A DNA stretch of 64,000 bases from Wenzhouxiangellaceae bacterium (GTDB lineage: Bacteria; Pseudomonadota; Gammaproteobacteria; Xanthomonadales; Wenzhouxiangellaceae), in contig OZ245999.1 of assembly GCA_965230265.1 (NCBI GenBank), positions 1,755,158 through 1,819,157 of the forward strand, written 5' to 3'. Below are positions 18,367 through 27,851 of the stretch, one piece after another (the first letter of the stretch is position 1; each line of letters starts with the position of its first letter). The notes beneath the pieces were generated by a model. That model did no database searches. It saw nothing but the letters and a program-made list of their open reading frames with translations, and was not told where the DNA came from. A program made the position numbers and the translations under genes.

Positions 18367-21126
18367 ATGACAGAAGAGCATCAACAGCATCCAACCCTGA
18401 GCAATACTCAGTTCCAACAAGCACAACTATTGTTCACACAGGCGAACCAGCTTCCCCATCACCAACGTAACCATTGGCTTGAACAGCAAACAGCTGATCC
18501 TGTAGTCATTGAAAAAGTGCGTCAATTGCTGGACATTTCCAATCAACCCCAACAACACAGTACTCATAAGCCGATATCGGCTATCGATATGCTGGAACTG
18601 GCTTTGATCGAATCAGAATTGGGCAAATACCAGCTGACCAAAAGCCTGGGTGAAGGCGGTATGGGCAGAGTCTATTTAGCCCGCAGAAATGACCAGGCGT
18701 TTGATAAAGACGTTGTCATCAAATTAATGAAGGGCTTCCATAAAAAAGACTCTACCCTTCAGCGCTTTCATTTTGAACGACAAGTACTGGCCAAAATGGA
18801 ACACTCCAATATTGCCAGGCTGCTCGATGGTGGTGAATGCCAGGATGGCACCCCATTTTATGTCATGGAATATGTGGATGGCAGCAACCTTATTGAATAT
18901 TCCCGTCAGCATCAGCTAAATCTTAATCAGCGTCTGGGATTGTTCCAGAAAATCTGTGCTGCTGTTCATTACGCTCATCAGAATCTGATTATTCATCGTG
19001 ATTTAAAGCCCAGCAATATTCTGATAAATCAGGAAGGCGAGCCAAAACTGCTGGATTTTGGCATTGCTAAACGACTCAGTGACGACAGCGCCGCACTGAC
19101 CCAAACCGCCATGCATCCAATGACACCGGCATACTCCAGCCCCGAACAAATACTTGGCAAACATTTAACCACTGCCAGTGATGTTTATTCACTGGGTATG
19201 ATTCTGTTTGAAATCCTTGCTGGACAAAGCCCTTACGATGAGTACAACACTGATCCACTGCGCTTAAAAGTAGCCATCTGTGAGCATGAGCCTGAAGCAC
19301 CATCAAAGCTTAATAGCAGAAGCAAACTTCGCTGGTCTCGCGACCTGGACAATATCGTATTAAAAACACTGCGCAAAGACCCCACCAGGCGTTATCGTTC
19401 TGTGCTGCAATTATCGGATGATATACAGCGCTACCGTGATGGACACCCGGTCAGCGCCAGCCGCAATACCTGGTTATACCGTGGTACTAAATTGCTATTT
19501 CGCCATCGTTGGGCCGCGGCTGGCATATTGCTTGCGGTAGTGTTATTAGCTGCACAACAAATAAGAGTCCTGCAACAGCGCGACCAGGCACAGCTAAATG
19601 CTCAACGAGCAGAGCAAAATCGTGACTTCCTAATTAACATGTTCGACACGCTCGACCCCAATGTTTCACAACAGATTGATATCTCTGCTAAGGCAGTTTT
19701 GGATCATGGTGCCCGTCAATTAGATAATAGTTTGCTTGACCAACCTGAGCTGCGGGCAGAACTAATGACAACCCTGGCCAGTCTTTACCAACAACATGGT
19801 TTATTTCAAGAGGCTGCTACACTGGCCGAAAATGCCATCAACATAAAACAAAGTCTATATCTTGACCAAAGCCCAGAATTAGCAGAAACTCTTAATACCT
19901 TAGCCAATACATATATTCATCAAGGGCTAAATAATAAAGCTTTATCCATCGCCCAAAAATCTCTAAATATTCTTAAACCCCATCAACAGCAATATCTCGA
20001 AGATTATGTATTTGCACTTAATATACTTAGCTTGGCGCACTTGAACAGTGGCCAATTAGAAACATCCAGACAAGTCAGTGAACGAAGTGTCGCTATTGCA
20101 AGAACATTACAAGACAAGAATCCTGAACTGCTCGTAGAAACACTTGAGATATTCGGATTAGCAGACTTTTATCTGGATAACTATAAAGACGCAGAACAAA
20201 CATTCCTGGAGTCTTTAACCATATGCAATAACTACTTAGAGAAAATGCATATCATTCGTGCATCAATTAATAATAACCTGGGATCAGTACTTGCAGAACA
20301 AGGATTGTATGAAAAAGCTGAAGACCATCATCGCCAGGCGCTTGCCATCATCACAAAGACACTGGGTGAAGAGCACCCTGATGTAGCATTTATTCAGAAT
20401 ACGCTTGGCTTATTATTACAGAATACCGGTCGTTTTGAAGAAGCCGAAGCTGCATTTAAGAACAGTTTACAATTAATGGAACAGACCATAGGAACCGAAC
20501 ATACCAAATTCATCACAACGCTCGGAAATTTGGCCCTGCTCTATCGAGAAACCAATAGGCTTGAACAGGCACTGGAATTAGCATACCAAGCACTGGAAAT
20601 TCAACAAAAAATTGCACCCGATAATCTAGATCAGATTGCGATCAGGCAATATGTGGTCGCGCTGACACTATCAGCCTTGCAGCGATTTGAACTTGCTGAG
20701 CAAATGTACTTAACAGTCATAGCTATATGGATTAACACACGTGGTAAAAACAGTAATGATTTAGCCACGGCACGCTCCAGCCTTGCCACCATGCTTGCGC
20801 GTCAAGAGAAATACCCTCAAGCAGAAATGCAAATGCGTTCGGCATTGGTTATTTATCAGCAAAAGTTAGCACCGGAACATTGGCATATCGCGGTAGTAAA
20901 CTATAGTTTAGGCAATATAGTTATGCAGCAGGGTCGATTTGGAGAAGCTGAATCACTGCTAGTGCCCGCTTGTGATCGATTGTTCGAAGCAAAGTCAATC
21001 CAGTCCAGATACACTAGAAATTGTTATAAATTTATCATCGAATTATACCGAAAAACTGATCGCTTAGCGGAAGCTGAGCCGTATCAAAAACAATTGGATA
21101 ACACTGAGTCTGGTCAGCTCGGCTAA
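18367..21126 (+). CDS. Serine/threonine protein kinase with transmembrane segment and C-terminal TPR repeats
   Basis: Hanks kinase motifs 'GEGGMGRVY', 'VIK', 'HRDLKPSNIL' and 'DFGIAK…APE'. A single TM helix 'AAAGILLAVVLLAA' is followed by about 500 aa of TPR repeats. Confidence 0.9.
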   Translation: MTEEHQQHPTLSNTQFQQAQLLFTQANQLPHHQRNHWLEQQTADPVVIEKVRQLLDISNQPQQHSTHKPISAIDMLELALIESELGKYQLTKSLGEGGMGRVYLARRNDQAFDKDVVIKLMKGFHKKDSTLQRFHFERQVLAKMEHSNIARLLDGGECQDGTPFYVMEYVDGSNLIEYSRQHQLNLNQRLGLFQKICAAVHYAHQNLIIHRDLKPSNILINQEGEPKLLDFGIAKRLSDDSAALTQTAMHPMTPAYSSPEQILGKHLTTASDVYSLGMILFEILAGQSPYDEYNTDPLRLKVAICEHEPEAPSKLNSRSKLRWSRDLDNIVLKTLRKDPTRRYRSVLQLSDDIQRYRDGHPVSASRNTWLYRGTKLLFRHRWAAAGILLAVVLLAAQQIRVLQQRDQAQLNAQRAEQNRDFLINMFDTLDPNVSQQIDISAKAVLDHGARQLDNSLLDQPELRAELMTTLASLYQQHGLFQEAATLAENAINIKQSLYLDQSPELAETLNTLANTYIHQGLNNKALSIAQKSLNILKPHQQQYLEDYVFALNILSLAHLNSGQLETSRQVSERSVAIARTLQDKNPELLVETLEIFGLADFYLDNYKDAEQTFLESLTICNNYLEKMHIIRASINNNLGSVLAEQGLYEKAEDHHRQALAIITKTLGEEHPDVAFIQNTLGLLLQNTGRFEEAEAAFKNSLQLMEQTIGTEHTKFITTLGNLALLYRETNRLEQALELAYQALEIQQKIAPDNLDQIAIRQYVVALTLSALQRFELAEQMYLTVIAIWINTRGKNSNDLATARSSLATMLARQEKYPQAEMQMRSALVIYQQKLAPEHWHIAVVNYSLGNIVMQQGRFGEAESLLVPACDRLFEAKSIQSRYTRNCYKFIIELYRKTDRLAEAEPYQKQLDNTESGQLG

Positions 21127-22563
21127 TCAAGTCAGAGGTGTTGTTCGTCTCGCCTGATGCAACAACGCTACCAGCTCATCAATGTGCCTTGTTTCGGTTA
21201 AGTAACTGGTCACACACACCCGTATAACCGGCCGCCCTGCAATTTGAGTGATAGAAATCCAGGCACGACCTGTATTCACCACAGCATCAACAATGGCTGC
21301 CTGATGTGCCGCAAGTTGTTCGCGATTCAAGCCGTCTGCGAGAGCATCTTCAAAACAGACAATCGCTAAAGAAGCTTCGGTCACCAAACGCCAATCGCGT
21401 GTCTGTAGCTGTTCCGCCAGATAACCGGCCATCGCTACCTGATGTTCGATGGTTTCGGCATAGCCATGACGACCAACACTGGCCATGGTCATAAACAGCT
21501 TCAAACCAATCAGACGACGGGAAAACTGCAAGCTAAGCCGGTAGTTATCCATGCCTACCTCGCTGCTTTCCGGTACGTAGGCCGTTTCCAGATGAAAAGT
21601 ATCAGCCAGCCAGCGGCCCTCGCGTGCGATCAGTACACCAGCAGCCATTGGCACCGATAACAGTTTATGCGGATCAAATGTGATGGTATCAGCATGCTCG
21701 ATACCGGCCAGCTTACCTTTGAGCTTGTCAGATAAAATAACTGCCCCGCCCCAGGCCGCATCCACATGCAAATGTAACTGCTCGCGTTGACAAACCTCTG
21801 CAATGGCAGACATCGGATCAATAATGCCTGCATTGGTGGTACCAGCAGTCGCCACCACCATAAACGGTAAATTTCCTTTGGCTCGGTCAGCTTCAATCAC
21901 CTTCTGCAAATGGTCCACGCGCAGCCGGTAACCATCATCGGTAGCAATAGTGCGCACAGCGTCGCGCCCCAAGCCACAGGTATGAGCAATTTTTTCAAAA
22001 GAGTGGTGGAATTCGTCAGAACAGTAAAATACCGGTTGTCCGGACAATGCTCTTAATCCCTGCCGGGTAAATTCAGGGAACTGCCGCGTCAACGCCAGCA
22101 ATACGCCTGTAGAGTTAGCCTCAGAGCCACCGGTAGTGAAGCTGCCATAAGCCTGCTCCACCGGCAAGCCGAAACGCCCAGCGAAATACTTGATCAAATG
22201 GCGCTCCATCTCCACACCAAAAGGATTGTGATGGTAAGCACCAACCTGCGGGTTTAATGCTGCTGCCAGCAGATCAGCCAATACACCGGCAAAGCTTGGC
22301 GCGGGGTTAAAGAGGCCATAATAATTTGGATGAGCAACTTTCATTCCACCATCACGAAGCGATTGATAGGCGCTTTCGACCACTTCACCCAGGTCTTTTT
22401 CTGATTCAAAATCAATGCTTTGTAATCCTTTTCTCAGTTCAGTAGCTGTAAGCACGGGCGTCACTGATGAGTTTTGCAACTGCTGGTAATAATCATCGAT
22501 AAGCAAAGCGGTTTGTTGCAACAGCTGCAGGCGGTGCGAAGAATCAGGTAGTAATCGGTGCAT
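21127..22563 (-). CDS. PLP-dependent group-II amino-acid decarboxylase (AAT fold)
   Basis: The lysine motif 'TFDPHKLLSVPMAAG' (S-x-H-K-type PLP lysine) and its ~480 aa length fit. It is convergent with the kinase, and the two stop codons abut. Confidence 0.8.
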   Translation of the reverse strand: MHRLLPDSSHRLQLLQQTALLIDDYYQQLQNSSVTPVLTATELRKGLQSIDFESEKDLGEVVESAYQSLRDGGMKVAHPNYYGLFNPAPSFAGVLADLLAAALNPQVGAYHHNPFGVEMERHLIKYFAGRFGLPVEQAYGSFTTGGSEANSTGVLLALTRQFPEFTRQGLRALSGQPVFYCSDEFHHSFEKIAHTCGLGRDAVRTIATDDGYRLRVDHLQKVIEADRAKGNLPFMVVATAGTTNAGIIDPMSAIAEVCQREQLHLHVDAAWGGAVILSDKLKGKLAGIEHADTITFDPHKLLSVPMAAGVLIAREGRWLADTFHLETAYVPESSEVGMDNYRLSLQFSRRLIGLKLFMTMASVGRHGYAETIEHQVAMAGYLAEQLQTRDWRLVTEASLAIVCFEDALADGLNREQLAAHQAAIVDAVVNTGRAWISITQIAGRPVIRVCVTSYLTETRHIDELVALLHQARRTTPLT

Positions 22564-22819
22564 CAGATATCCAGTGCTTTGAGTGTTTGGTTAGGCGTTC
22601 TACAATCATCCAATAGGATTGCCCCATCAGCAAGCATTATGCAGGGATGGCAGGCCAACTAATCATGATCATTGTCCGCAAAAAAATGCCGCCTGTCACC
22701 CATTTTGCTATAGTCGGTCACACAGGCTTTTATCGCATAAAACAAAAGTAATCAGCCTGAATATATTTTACCCATTCAATAATTATCTTGAACTATTCTA
22801 TTTAATCGGGAGAGAACTC

Positions 22820-23212
22820 ATGCAGCATTCTAAGATACAGGCCATCGGCCGTATTCTGTTAGCATTAATTTTTGTTGTTTATGGTTTCGATAAAGCCTTC
22901 GGTTTTATTGGCGGTGGCTTTAGTGGAACCTCCGGCGCCATTGCCAGTAAAGGGTTGCCATTACCGGACGTGTTAACTGCAATCACGATTCTTATTGAAG
23001 CCGGCGGTGGCTTAATGTTGTTATTCGGTTTTAAAACACGGTTGGCGGCCTGGGCGATATTTCTGCTGCTGATTCCAATCACCTTCTTCTTCCACCCGGC
23101 ATGGTCTGATATTGGCCAGTTATCCAGCTTCCTGAAAAACCTGGCAGTAATGGGTGGCATGCTTTGTCTGGTTGCACATGGTCCTGGTGCTTGGGCTGTT
23201 GATAAGCGCTAG
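22820..23212 (+). CDS. DoxX-family membrane protein (paralogue 2)
   Basis: I re-assigned the start to MQHSKIQ with a GGGAGAG RBS; the upstream part of the track ORF is non-coding-like. It has 4 TM helices and DoxX motifs. Confidence 0.65.
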   Translation: MQHSKIQAIGRILLALIFVVYGFDKAFGFIGGGFSGTSGAIASKGLPLPDVLTAITILIEAGGGLMLLFGFKTRLAAWAIFLLLIPITFFFHPAWSDIGQLSSFLKNLAVMGGMLCLVAHGPGAWAVDKR

Positions 23213-23320
23213 ACACTCTATTGTGATGACTGGGCGCAATTTTGTTGCGCCCAGTTACGATATGCTTGTAAAGCCGCACCTCACCTACCAAGCCGCTTAA
23301 TGGATAAAAAGGGGTTGATC

Positions 23321-23473
23321 GCATGCGCTTTTTACTAAGAAGTTTATGTTTATTTTGTTTGGCCACTATCGCTAATGCACAAATAATCAGTCCTGTTGGT
23401 TTTGTTGAGTCAAATCCTTTTGCCGAATTTGAAGTCACCAGTGATGGCTCCGCCTATTTATGCTATCGGCTTT
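23321..23473 (+). CDS. Possible small secreted peptide (50 aa, below the ORF-track cutoff)
   Basis: ATG with an AAGGGG RBS. It has a classical signal peptide MRFLLRSLCLFCLATIANA|QI, and the ~31 aa mature part contains a single Cys. Confidence 0.25.
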
Positions 23474-23624
23474 GAAGACGATAGCATCACAACTTTCAAT
23501 CGCAATGCCAAAAGTGGTTAGCTAAACCTTGCAGGTGTTACGCCTTTATCGCAAATAGCATCGAGCATGCAACTAATGCCTGATGACCAATTTATGTACG
23601 TACGATTGACAGTTTTGCCCTTGA

Positions 23625-24041
23625 TTATTCAGGGTATTCCGAAAACACTGGTGTATTGGCATCCGAACAAGACCAATCGCTGCGTGAGTCCCAAAAAATC
23701 CTCGCCTGTGGCTTGATGGTTGTTTCAGAATCCAATGAGCCTGCAGGAATAATCACCATATTACCGCCGGGAATTTCGCGTGGCAGTAAACTGCCACAGG
23801 TTTTGCAAAAACAGGTAGAAAAGCGAATCGCATCGGGCACTTTGTAGTGTGTCAAGTGGTCTGCACCACGTGTCCAGCTAATGCTCTGCGCCTCGGGCAT
23901 AATAATATTGCTGCAGTGTCCGGTACCACTGGCCTTACGACAGCGTTGACAATGGCAATGGTAAAACTTGGCTGCTTCGCCTTTAATTTCATAAGCCACT
24001 GCACCACACAAACAGCTACCATTTAATGTATCTGTTGCCAT
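23625..24041 (-). CDS. GFA-family protein (glutathione-dependent formaldehyde-activating enzyme / CENP-V fold)
   Basis: Zn-binding Cys pattern CxC…C(H)CxxC ('CLCGAV…CHCQRCRK…CxxC'). Confidence 0.75.
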   Translation of the reverse strand: MATDTLNGSCLCGAVAYEIKGEAAKFYHCHCQRCRKASGTGHCSNIIMPEAQSISWTRGADHLTHYKVPDAIRFSTCFCKTCGSLLPREIPGGNMVIIPAGSLDSETTIKPQARIFWDSRSDWSCSDANTPVFSEYPE

Positions 24042-24161
24042 CTCGATCTCCAGTACGTGCCAACACCTATCTATGCTAGGTGATCAATGCTGGAATAACC
24101 AGTGATCACTCCAGTATTGATTGCTATTAGCTAATGCCTGTTGGTTTTCTGGTCAGTGCAT

Positions 24162-24665
24162 TTAGCCTAGCACTTTGTTCCATTGATCCACGCGATCCTG
24201 AACCATGGCATATACACTAGCGGTATCGCCTTCAATGGTGACACTGTCAATTGAATCACCCTGGGCGATGCTATTGACCACATCCTGGTCAGCCTGGCTA
24301 ACGACTTCACCAAATACAGTGTGTTTACCATCCAGCCATGGTGTCGGTTCATGAGTAATAAAAAACTGACTGCCATTGGTGCCTGGCCCGGCATTGGCCA
24401 TAGACAGCTTACCAGGCGCATCATGACGCAAGTCAGTATCTACTTCATCTTCAAAACGGTAACCCGGACTGCCTGCACCTGTGCCGTTAGGGCATCCACC
24501 CTGAATCATAAAATTAGGAATAACACGGTGGAAATTGAGGTTATCGTAAAAACCTTTTTCAACCAGGTTACAAAAATTTGCTACGGTCAATGGTGTTTTG
24601 TCTGCATGCAACTTAAGGTTAATCGGACCTTTGCTGGTTTGCATTACTGCAGTTAAATCGCTCAT
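24162..24665 (-). CDS. ppiB: Peptidyl-prolyl cis-trans isomerase B (cyclophilin type)
   Basis: Carries '[15 protein letters not shown]', '[22 protein letters not shown]' and related cyclophilin motifs. Confidence 0.9.
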   Translation of the reverse strand: MSDLTAVMQTSKGPINLKLHADKTPLTVANFCNLVEKGFYDNLNFHRVIPNFMIQGGCPNGTGAGSPGYRFEDEVDTDLRHDAPGKLSMANAGPGTNGSQFFITHEPTPWLDGKHTVFGEVVSQADQDVVNSIAQGDSIDSVTIEGDTASVYAMVQDRVDQWNKVLG

Positions 24666-24771
24666 GTAAACTCCTTGATTGATATTGGATAGGCAAACGA
24701 CGGATTTTACCTGAAATCATCACCATGAGTAATGATTATGGTATTAACCTTCTTTTAATCACCGTAACCCA

Positions 24772-26013
24772 TTACGGGCTGCTACAAGTCCAACTTGAAG
24801 TGTCCCCCGACTCAAAACCGTCTGCAAAAAAGTTCTCTCCAATGCGTGTGTTAATCACGGTATCATTATTAGGGCCTGCGGTAATGTATCTCGTATCAAA
24901 ACTTTTACTGTTGGTCCTGTGTACAACACACCCATCAACGGGCCCACCAAACCCTTGTGCTGGATACTCAGGGTCAATACTTACTAGCCCACCAACAAAG
25001 GGGTCTTCAACAATGAAATAATCCCCCCACAAGACATTGGTTTTTAACGAGTTATCGTTTTCATCAACAATACCTACCAAAGCACCACTTTGGAAATTAA
25101 AAAACATACCGTTATTATCGATAGTTCCCAAATTGCCAGTGGTGAATAAGCCAGGGTTATCTATAGGAATATTCGCAGTCCGTGCATCGCCATCGGCATT
25201 ATAAGTGAAGCGCACCTGCATACCTGATGCGGTATCAATCACAATACCGCCAGACTCCCTGACAAAAGTAAACCCAGCAGGCGGAGGTAAATTGACTATA
25301 TCGGTATCGGTTCGGCTGGGCGGGTTATTTGTAGTGCTAAAAGTACTTACCCGCACCATGCCATTATCCAACTGATACAAACTGGCCGCATCACCATGGT
25401 GATTCATTGCCAGTTGGTCGCGTACCGCACCATCAAACGGGCCACTGATCGTTCTTCCAGGACCACCTGTAATGGTTTCATAAATACTCCAGTTCAACCC
25501 ACCATTGATAGAAAGAAAAATCAGCAGTGAGTCATTGGTATCATTATGTGCACTGACAAAAATACCCTGTTCAGAGGTGGCGCAATCAGCGCTATCAAAA
25601 TTATCGGTTTGCGTAAATGGAATGGAAAGCGTTGACCAGCTGGAACCATTAAAGCGGGCATACTCAACATTAAAATTATCAATATAAGGCGCTACCACCA
25701 CATTGCCTTCGGTGCATAAATCACCCAGAGAAAACAATGTTGCAGAGTTATCCAGAGCGGTTGTCATTAAGCCTGTGCCATCATACGGTGGGGGCATCAT
25801 TAGAGCATCGAGCCGATTATTTGCTCCATCATTCCATAAAACAATACCGGCAAGATGAGGGTCTGGAATATCTTCCAACACCCCCAGCTTCGCTTCTAAT
25901 GGGAGCTCATCAAAAACGGTCACAGAAGTCCAGCCATTACCCGTACTGACCACACCAGAATTAACTGCAGATACGCATAACAACAAAACCAGCAAACAAA
26001 AAACTTTCATCAC
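24772..26013 (-). CDS. Secreted protein with BNR/Asp-box-like repeats and a conserved C-terminal GENFFxDGFE tail
   Basis: Strong AGGAGG RBS and signal peptide. It has Asp-box-like 'SINGGLNW' and a C-terminus '…GENFFADGFESGDTSSWTCSSP'. Confidence 0.55.
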   Translation of the reverse strand: MMKVFCLLVLLLCVSAVNSGVVSTGNGWTSVTVFDELPLEAKLGVLEDIPDPHLAGIVLWNDGANNRLDALMMPPPYDGTGLMTTALDNSATLFSLGDLCTEGNVVVAPYIDNFNVEYARFNGSSWSTLSIPFTQTDNFDSADCATSEQGIFVSAHNDTNDSLLIFLSINGGLNWSIYETITGGPGRTISGPFDGAVRDQLAMNHHGDAASLYQLDNGMVRVSTFSTTNNPPSRTDTDIVNLPPPAGFTFVRESGGIVIDTASGMQVRFTYNADGDARTANIPIDNPGLFTTGNLGTIDNNGMFFNFQSGALVGIVDENDNSLKTNVLWGDYFIVEDPFVGGLVSIDPEYPAQGFGGPVDGCVVHRTNSKSFDTRYITAGPNNDTVINTRIGENFFADGFESGDTSSWTCSSP

Positions 26014-26292
26014 AAACCTCCTGGCATCAGGAAACGAAGCCCCTTTTCATGATTGTGTTGTTTGTTATGCTTTCCAAAACAATACGCCGATGCATCAATC
26101 AATGCAAAGGGTCGATGGTCAAAAACCATAATACCAATAAAGTATTAACTTTATTTATCAAATACTTGGAAGGTTTATTTATAAATTATAATTAATATGA
26201 AATACGACCAATGAATATGCTGCTGATGTATTCACTGGATAAACACAAGCAGGACATTACGCCTGCTTGTGTCGCGAGCCTACAGCTATCAT

Positions 26293-27780
26293 TTAAATAA
26301 TAGAGTCATCCTCAACTTGCTCGGCTTCGATCCACTCAAATTCAACATCAGGCTGTACTTCATCTTCATCGGTGCTGAACTCAAAATGCAGCCCGTTGAT
26401 AAAGCCATCTTCCATCAGCACCTCAAAGTCATTGCTTAAAGCCTCACCCAGCTCCCCAGAGAAATCCTTTAATAAACCCAGGCTTTCCAAGTCGTCCAGA
26501 TCCATCTCGCTTAAAGCTTCTAAGCCTTTTATCTGAAAGCCACCACTTAAATCCAGGCCTTCAAGCGCTTTGAACATTTTATGCCCTTTCAGCATACTCA
26601 GACTTTTAAAAGGGTGTGAGCTTTCCGGCACTTCGAAACTGACTTCAATGTCATCGCGGTCACGCAAAATTTCAAGCGTTACCGTTTCACTGGTGTCGTA
26701 GGAACGTAAGATACGAAAAGCATGGTGTGGGTCATTTGGCTTACGACCATTAATTCGCATCAACACGTCGCCACCACGTATATCAGCCGGAAAAAAATCA
26801 TCGGGCACGCTGATGACTAACAACCCTTCACTGGTACCGAAATACCGTCCCAGATCAGGATTTAAATTGACCAGCTCCAACCCACCAACAAAACTGCCGC
26901 CAAGAGCATTAAAAATCACATTGGGCGCAGTTGGTGCCAGAGGTGCATTCTCTGGTAGAGGTGCCAATGGTGCAATCGGCGCGAAACTTTGCGGTGAGCG
27001 CCGTTCTGCCACCAGCACCGCATCGTCAATCACGCCATCACGCTGATACTCCAGGTTGACTTCATCACCTGGTTCCAGTTCTGACATGACTTCCAATACC
27101 TTACCGGCCGGACTGTCCAATTGAGTATCATCCAGGCGTACATCATTAATAGCCAATAAAATATCTTTGGATTGCAAACCGGCTTGATCAGCCGGGCCAC
27201 CAGGGCTAACCGAATTAATGCGCACACCTGTTTGTTCATCGTTGTCAGAAATACTCACACCTAACATAGCGCGGTTGGCATCTCTCAAAAAGCGAAAAGC
27301 GTAGCCACGTGCCGGCGTTAGGTCAGCTGATAGTTCAGCGACTTTATTGGCGGCAGCCCGCAACTCTTCACGCGCACTCTCGTAGTCAGCTCGTGCTCGC
27401 TCCCTATCCTGGCGGGCCCGTTCACGTTGTTGCTCTGCCTGTTCTCGCACTTGTGCTGCCTGTTCGCGAGCCTGTTGCTGATTTTGCACCTGCAGCATCC
27501 GTGCTTGATGAGCCTGCTCTCGATCTGTCATGACCTGCTGGCGCATCTGCTGCACTCTGACATGCTGCTCAGCACGAGCGTCTGCCAGTGCTTCATGGCG
27601 ACGTTTTAGTTGTTCACGAGCCTGTTGGTGTATTGCCGCCTGATGCGCTAACAGCGCTTGCCGCTGCTCAGCTTCATGTTGGACATGGCCACCATCTTGA
27701 GCCATTGATGGTGCTGAAAGCACCGTCGCCAAAGCGATGACCCATACACTGCTAATATTTAGAATCGTCCTGTCTGTCAT
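26293..27780 (-). CDS. Periplasmic coiled-coil protein with two PDZ domains and no protease domain
   Basis: Signal peptide, then a Q/R/E-rich heptad region. Two PDZ-like modules ('GVSISDNDEQTGVRINSVSPGGPADQAGLQSKDILLAIND' and 'GLLVISVPDDFFPADIRGGDVLMRINGRKP') are followed by an acidic C-terminus. Confidence 0.7.
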   Translation of the reverse strand: MTDRTILNISSVWVIALATVLSAPSMAQDGGHVQHEAEQRQALLAHQAAIHQQAREQLKRRHEALADARAEQHVRVQQMRQQVMTDREQAHQARMLQVQNQQQAREQAAQVREQAEQQRERARQDRERARADYESAREELRAAANKVAELSADLTPARGYAFRFLRDANRAMLGVSISDNDEQTGVRINSVSPGGPADQAGLQSKDILLAINDVRLDDTQLDSPAGKVLEVMSELEPGDEVNLEYQRDGVIDDAVLVAERRSPQSFAPIAPLAPLPENAPLAPTAPNVIFNALGGSFVGGLELVNLNPDLGRYFGTSEGLLVISVPDDFFPADIRGGDVLMRINGRKPNDPHHAFRILRSYDTSETVTLEILRDRDDIEVSFEVPESSHPFKSLSMLKGHKMFKALEGLDLSGGFQIKGLEALSEMDLDDLESLGLLKDFSGELGEALSNDFEVLMEDGFINGLHFEFSTDEDEVQPDVEFEWIEAEQVEDDSII

Positions 27781-27851
27781 GCGTTTGCCTCATTAAGATA
27801 ATCAATAAAATAAATGAGTGGTGATTAAAAAATTACCCGGTTGTTTTCCGG

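Noticed and set aside
22619-22819. N-terminal 67-codon extension of the DoxX ORF (MPHQQALCRDGRPTNHDHCPQKN…)
   Set aside because: It is a Cys/His/Pro-rich non-protein-like sequence running through an AT-rich promoter-like region. A strong GGGAGAG RBS precedes the internal ATG at 22820, where the hydrophobic DoxX sequence begins.
23079-23438. 119-aa minus-strand ORF overlapping the end of DoxX and the intergenic region
   Set aside because: It is antisense to DoxX for half its length, is basic and low-complexity, and has no RBS. The plus-strand 50-aa signal-peptide ORF in the same gap is more plausible.
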